DNA of 58,076 bases from Mizuhopecten yessoensis (lineage: Eukaryota). Location of the stretch: positions 327,007 through 385,082 of the forward strand of contig NW_018408763.1 in assembly GCF_002113885.1 (NCBI RefSeq), read 5' to 3'. A program made the translations under genes and the position numbers. Under the pieces are notes generated by a model that saw only the letters and a program-made list of their open reading frames with translations, searched no databases and was not told where the DNA came from. Positions within the stretch are counted from its first letter, which is position 1; each line of letters starts with the position of its first letter. Of this stretch, positions 52,445-58,076 are shown in pieces.

Positions 52445-53631
52445 GATAGGATACCCAAGCAATTCAACTACATTTGTAATCGTACCTCGATTTAAATGTT
52501 ACATTGCTTTGAATGTAAACTGTTTTTCGAAAACGGTTCAATATCATTCAACTATCGATGTTGATGGGGTGGGTGTTAGCGGTGGGGAAGGGGGCCTCAA
52601 CTTTCATTGTAATTTGGAGAGATTAACAGATTTGACCAGTATCATCTGAGCAAGGAGTGGGTAAAGGTTGTAAGTGGGTTTGTGTGTGTTAAGAAGGGGT
52701 TGGATGGGGATTCATTGTAATATGGAGAGAAGAAAATAATCTGTTCCAAAGTATCATGTTACCATATAGCCTCAATTTGATTCTAACAAGAACAACCGGA
52801 TACAACATATACAAAAGACACTTCAAAATTCCAAAAAACTTTTCGTATGAAGCTAGCATATACAGATGGCAGTTACCGACACATATACACAAATTCTGAG
52901 CCAAGGAAAAAATTAAACTGTCAGATAAAAGTCTGGGTGATATTCATAAAAGTTCAAAATTTTACAACAACTTAATTCAAAATTGAAACACAAGCTATCC
53001 TGAAGTGCTTAGTAGGGTTCACTTATGTCAGCTCTTCATTATTTACGGCCTTGTGTTTTCATGCACGAGTTCCTAGCTATTACGTTTCTATGGTAACAAT
53101 GTAAACACTCGGATAACTTGTGAGGAGAAATTTGCAATAAATTCTGGCCCTGGTTGGGTGAACTATAAATTCCATCAGATGGTAACGAAACGACTGAATC
53201 AGTGTATATATAAAAGTAAGCACAGAATTCATACAATACAGAAACAGAGTGTCTATATAGCAGGCAAAACAGAATGCATACACGTGGAACAGAAAGTTTG
53301 AGGACGAACCTGTCTGTAAGTCAGAAAAGAATTTTGGGTAAGATGCTGTCTATATTATAGTCAAAATAAGATATAGACGATGGCAAACTTGTGAAAGCTT
53401 GTTAATGAACTCCAGATTACCATGACCTTACCTGACCTATAATTACACTGACTTTAATCAATCTAACAATGACCTTAGCGACCCCCATAACCTCTCACCT
53501 TGCCATTAGATTTACCTCCCTCTTATCTCCCTACTCAACCTTGACTGTTAAAAGGCCAGAACTACCTACAGAGCTCTTGACACTATCAGCTTCATCAGCA
53601 GCTATCCCTGTTTAATTACTGAGATCCATGT

Positions 53632-53722
53632 TTAACTCTTTCACCCCTGAAGACAGGTTTGAACTCTTCCGATTCAAAGGTTGGAATAGTTCATAATGAA
53701 ATTTCAGTGGTGATTGAGTTAA
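53632..53722. mobile_element. 83-bp TTAA hairpin MITE, subfamily A (reverse)
   Basis: ttaactctttcacccctgaagacagg...ttcagtggtgattgagttaa. Confidence 0.9.
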
Positions 53723-53973
53723 AAGTTCTACCTCTTTGCCTGATGGTTATCAGTGGACATCAATGATAGTGTTTAATGTGTTTTTTACTTACATCCCATA
53801 CTGCTGTCTATAAAACACCATCACCACAGGGCATGGTGTCAAACATGGACTCCAATACTTACACCACAGAATACATGTATATATATGTATCTATATGGTT
53901 GCTAGGGAACTATGGTCAGTAAGGAATAAAACAGAACAGAAAGTGAGAAAACAAATAATTAGTCACTGCTGAC

Positions 53974-54511
53974 TTAAGGAGGTATGCTACCATATACACT
54001 GTACCTGTGGTATGCGATAGAGTTATCTCCACTAAGAATATATGCTACCTTACACACTAAATCTGTGTTTTTTGATAGAATTATCTCCCCTAAGAATATA
54101 TGCTACCTTACACACTAAATCTGTAGTTTTTGATAGAATTATCTCCCCTAAGAACATATCATACCTTACACACTAAATCTGTAGTTTTTGATAGAATTAT
54201 CTCCCCTAAGAATATATGCTACCTTACACACTAAATCTGTGGTTTTTGATAGAATTATCTCCCCTAAGAACATATCCTACCTTACACACTAAATCTGTAG
54301 TTTTTGATAGATTTATCTCCCTTATACTTAAAATTTGTGTTAAAAGTTATCTCCCTTAAGGGTGTCTGTTACCTTATTGTTATTCATAAAGCATTTCCTA
54401 TCCGAAAGAGTTTCACACTAAAGCATAATGTGTTAAGTAGCATATATCCTTAAGGGAGACAACTTTTACAGCAAACATAAATGCAAGACATAAGGTAGCA
54501 TATACCCTTAA
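53974..54511. mobile_element. 58-bp TTAA-bounded mini-element present as a tandem array (~6 copies) plus inverted copies
   Basis: Array unit taagaatatatgctaccttacacactaaatctgtagtttttgatagaattatctcccc. The inverted copy at 54450-54511 reads ttaagggagacaact...aaggtagcatatacccttaa. Confidence 0.7.
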
Positions 54512-54643
54512 GTCCTCATAATCCATATTTGATTGCAAGGATTAGATTCATCATATTTTCCAATGATTTTGGAAAGCAATCATATTTCATATAGTTATAT
54601 TTTAACTGATGCATTTTTTAAAAGAAACCAATGGCAATGCTCC

Positions 54644-54734
54644 TTAACCCTTTCACCACTGTAGACCATAATGGACTCATCCATATCAATGCATGGTAGA
54701 GACTACTAACGTTACATAGGGGTGAAAGGGTTAA
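54644..54734. mobile_element. 83-bp TTAA hairpin MITE, subfamily C
   Basis: ttaa-ccctttcaccactgtagaccataatggactcatcca...taggggtgaaaggg-ttaa. Confidence 0.9.
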
Positions 54735-55082
54735 TAACAAAACATCTCTATATAAATTACAGAGGTGACATGCATATGACAACAAAGCTAATTTGTAACA
54801 TGTCTGCTCGTCTCAATTTACTGACACTAGAAATCGTGTAGTTCCTCAGACAAAGATTGTCTCCTGTCTCGTACATACTTTCCCAAACTGAGATTGTGCT
54901 GTACACTCAGACAAATCAATTAGAAAGTATCGGATAGCTGTTGTAAATGTGACAAAACAACATCCGCAACCTCTTCATGGATTTTCTTCAGTACATGTTT
55001 TGAAATGCAACAGATCGCTTTCCTTAACGAGGGATCATTAACCAATCCATAGGTTAACGAGGGCTTCCAACATTGATGTGTT

Positions 55083-55100
55083 TTGTTTCCATGGAAACAA
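55083..55100. promoter_or_regulatory. Perfect palindromic RFX X-box-like motif
   Basis: ttgtttccatggaaacaa (core GTTTCCATGGAAAC). Motif match only; no functional evidence. Confidence 0.3.
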
Positions 55101-55534
55101 CATCGCCTTCTACATCAATGTTAAGTTTTGTCTTGTTATTTTTATATTATTTTCATGTCAAATTTCATTTGATTCACTTAAAACATATTTTTTTTATTTG
55201 AATTGTTGTCTTGTTAAATGCTGTTTTAAAAACAGTCAAATTTGTTCCTCGTTACCGTAGAAGTCCTAAAAAACTGTTGGCTTTGTGCAGGTAACAACTT
55301 CTAAGGGGAGAACATCTGAGTTCATTCATTATGACTTGAATAAAGCATTAATTAACAGCTACTGCGACATCGCAATGATATTGTTATGATGTCGTATATT
55401 CTGGGTAAAGGCAGAAACACGGAAATTTATATTGCTTTCCTTTTTGACAATTTGTAATGTTAAATGTTTCTGCAATGTATTTGATCAAAACAAATCATAT
55501 GAGTTCTCATTATATACCATATCTACAATACTTT

Positions 55535-55760
55535 TCAATACCAAAACTTGGACACTTGTATTCAACACTAAAACATAGAAACTTGTATTCAACACTAAAA
55601 CTAGGACACTTGTATTCAACACTAAAACATAGAAACTTGTATTCAACACTAAAACATAGAAACTTGTATTCAACACTAAAACATAGAAACTTGTATTCAA
55701 CACTAAAACTTGGACACTTGTATTCAACACTATATCTTGGACATTTGTATTCAACAATAC
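55535..55760. repeat. 27-bp minisatellite, ~8 copies
   Basis: acttgtattcaacactaaaac(atagaa/ttggac). Confidence 0.93.
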
Positions 55761-56157
55761 AACTGTGATACTTGTATGTGATGTGAAATAATTCAAAATG
55801 AGATTTTGTTCCTTTTGTGCTTTGTAAAACTGATTATACCCGATACTTGACATCGAGTTAAGGTGCTGTTTGTGTTACACAGAGTTTTATGTTTTGTGGA
55901 TGAACTATACTAAACAGAGGAGGTTCACCCTTATGCGGACTCTTCCCTATGGGGGTGAAACAGATCACATCAACAATTATATAATCAATGTCAATTTCAG
56001 TTTTACATTATGCACATCTTGCGATACTTTAAATTTTGTAATTAGCCAATGATCTCCTACCCCCCCCCCCCGGGGTAAAGAGCGGTATAACGATTCCAGC
56101 AGGTTTGTAATCTGGAGATTTTCTATACATTGTCGAAGATGTCAAATGTTTTGTAGC

Positions 56158-57412
56158 TACATATGTTTACATGTGTGTACATGTGTGTACATGTGTTTAC
56201 ATGTGTGTACATATGTTTACATGTGTGTATATATGTTTCCAAATGTTTACATGTACATGTGTTTATGTGTGTGTACATGTGTGTACATGTGTTTATGTGT
56301 GTACATGTGTGTAGATGTGTGTACATGTGTTTACATGTGTGTACATATGTTTACATGTGTGTACTTATGTTTACAAATGTTTACATGTACATGTGTTTAT
56401 GTGTGTGTACATGTGTGTACATGTGTTTATGTGTGTGTACATGTGTGTGCATGTGTTTACATGTGTGTACATGTATGTACATGTGTACATGCGTGTACAT
56501 GTGTGTACTTGTGTGTACATGTGTGTACATGTGTGTACATGTGTTTATGTGTGTGTACACGTGTGTACATATGTTTACATGTGTGTACATGTGTTTACAA
56601 ATGTTTACATGTACATGTGTGTACATGTGTTTATGTGTGTGTACATGTGTGTACATATGTTTACATGCGTGTACATGTGTTTACAAATGTTTACATGTAC
56701 ATGTGTGTACATGTGTTTATGTGTGTATACATGTGTGTACATATGTTTACATGTGTGTACATGTGTTTACATGTGTGTACATATGTTTACATGTGTGAAC
56801 ATATGTTTACAAATGTTTACATGTACATGTGTGTACATATGTTTACATGTGTGTACTTATGTTTACAAATGTTTACATGTACATGTGTTTATGTGTGTGT
56901 ACATGTGTGTCAATGTGTTTATGTGTGTACATGTGTGTACATGTGTGTACATGTGTTTAAATGTGTGTACATATGTTTACATGTGTGAACATATGTTTAC
57001 AAANNNNNNNNNNNNNNNNNNNNNNNNNNNNNNNNNNNNNNNNNNNNNNNNNNNNNNNNNNNNNNNNNNNNNNNNNNNNNNNNNNNNNNNNNNNNNNNNN
57101 NNNNNNNNNNNNNNNNNNNNNNNNNNNNNNNNNNNNNNNNNNNNNNNNNNNNNNNNNNNNNNNNNNNNNNNNNNNNNNNNNNNNNNNNNNNNNNNNNNNN
57201 NNNNNNNNNNNNNNNNNNNNNCATGTTTGTACATGTGTGTACATGTGTTTACATGTGTGTACATGTGTGTACATGTGTGTACATATGTTTACATGTGTGT
57301 ACATGTGTTTACAAATGTTTACATGTACATGTGTGTACATGTGTTTATGTGTGTGTACATGAGTGTACATATGTTTACATGAGTGTACATATGTTTACAT
57401 GTGTGTACATGC
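56158..57412. repeat. 10-bp (ATGTGTGTAC)n-type satellite spanning an N gap (57004-57221)
   Basis: atgtgtgtac / atgtgtttac / atatgtttac units. Confidence 0.97.
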
Positions 57413-57805
57413 AGCCTAACACAAGTCAAGTTGTATTTAAATTTCAGATGGCATGAATCACAATCCTAGTGCGACATCTGTTTTCACATGTTATTGGATC
57501 AAGCTGTTTTGTAATGACACGATAGTCTAATTTGAAATGTATGTTGTGTGGCGGAGGGACCCAATGCTCAGGTAAACAGAAGTCAATCGACACACACCTG
57601 TACTTAATAAGTACACCTGTAATACAGGTATTCTAACCAGGTGTACAGCTTTATACCTGGATGATTGATGTGAAATAAGTTTTGTGTTGTGATTGAGTTA
57701 CCTCCATCAAGTAATATTTGTTGATGTAAGTGAAACACACATCATTGTATTGTCATATCAACTTTCTTATTGAGTTATATCAACTGAAGTTGTTTGTAGA
57801 AACTA

Positions 57806-58076
57806 TCTTCCCTGTTGTCTAGTATACTGGACAAGGTTTTGGGTACTGGACAAGGTTTTGGGTACTGGACAAGGTTTTGGGGTGCTCCCTTCCCTGTTGT
57901 CTAGTATACTGGACAAGGTTTTTGGTACTGGACAAGGTTTTGGGTACTCCCTTCCCTGTTGTCTAGTATACTGGACAAGGTTTTGGGTACTCCCTTTTAA
58001 TTCCCTGTTGTATAGTATACTGGACAAGGACTTGGGTACTCCCTTCCCTGTTGTCTAGTATACTGGACAAGGTTTT
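57806..58076. repeat. Composite repeat (~44-bp unit with an internal 19-bp sub-repeat), runs off the window
   Basis: cttccctgttgtctagtatactggacaaggttttgggtactcc. Confidence 0.9.

Larger units (their letters stand above)
1324..58076 (-). other. Probable large upstream intron of the RBPMS/cpo-like gene (could contain unrecognised short or UTR exons, or the promoter)
   Basis: The exon starts at a splice acceptor, so an upstream exon is required. I found no convincing upstream coding exon ending at a phase-0 donor. Confidence 0.55.

Noticed and set aside
53511-53540. Candidate phase-0 donor (GAG|gtaaa) for the missing upstream exon
   Set aside because: There is an in-frame stop five codons upstream, and no family-like N-terminal sequence.
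56123-57456. Long Cys/Val/His/Met-rich ORFs in several frames
   Set aside because: Products of the 10-bp TG-rich satellite and an N gap.

Overview
AT-rich, repeat-dense eukaryotic (animal, probably invertebrate; a bivalve/mollusc is an inference from the repeat types) genomic DNA with two N gaps. The only coding sequence I can support is one 78-bp phase-0/0 exon on the minus strand (1246-1323, [26 protein letters not shown]). It encodes the start of the RRM of an RBPMS/RBPMS2/couch potato/MEC-8 family RNA-binding protein. No upstream coding exon is recognisable, so most of the window is probably one very large intron. Nearly all other ORFs in the track are translations of tandem repeats. The window holds about 25 tandem arrays and several miniature mobile elements: (i) 15 copies of a TTAA-flanked hairpin element, most exactly 83 bp, in three diverged subfamilies; (ii) a tandem array of short tRNA-containing LTR-like units with PBS-like and PPT-like signals, resembling a small-RNA-derived TRIM, whose PBS+hairpin segment is amplified 15 times; (iii) a three-element nested MITE stack; (iv) a 58-bp TTAA-joined element that has become a satellite; and (v) a tRNA-derived SINE. 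All coordinates were read by eye; repeat boundaries are approximate.
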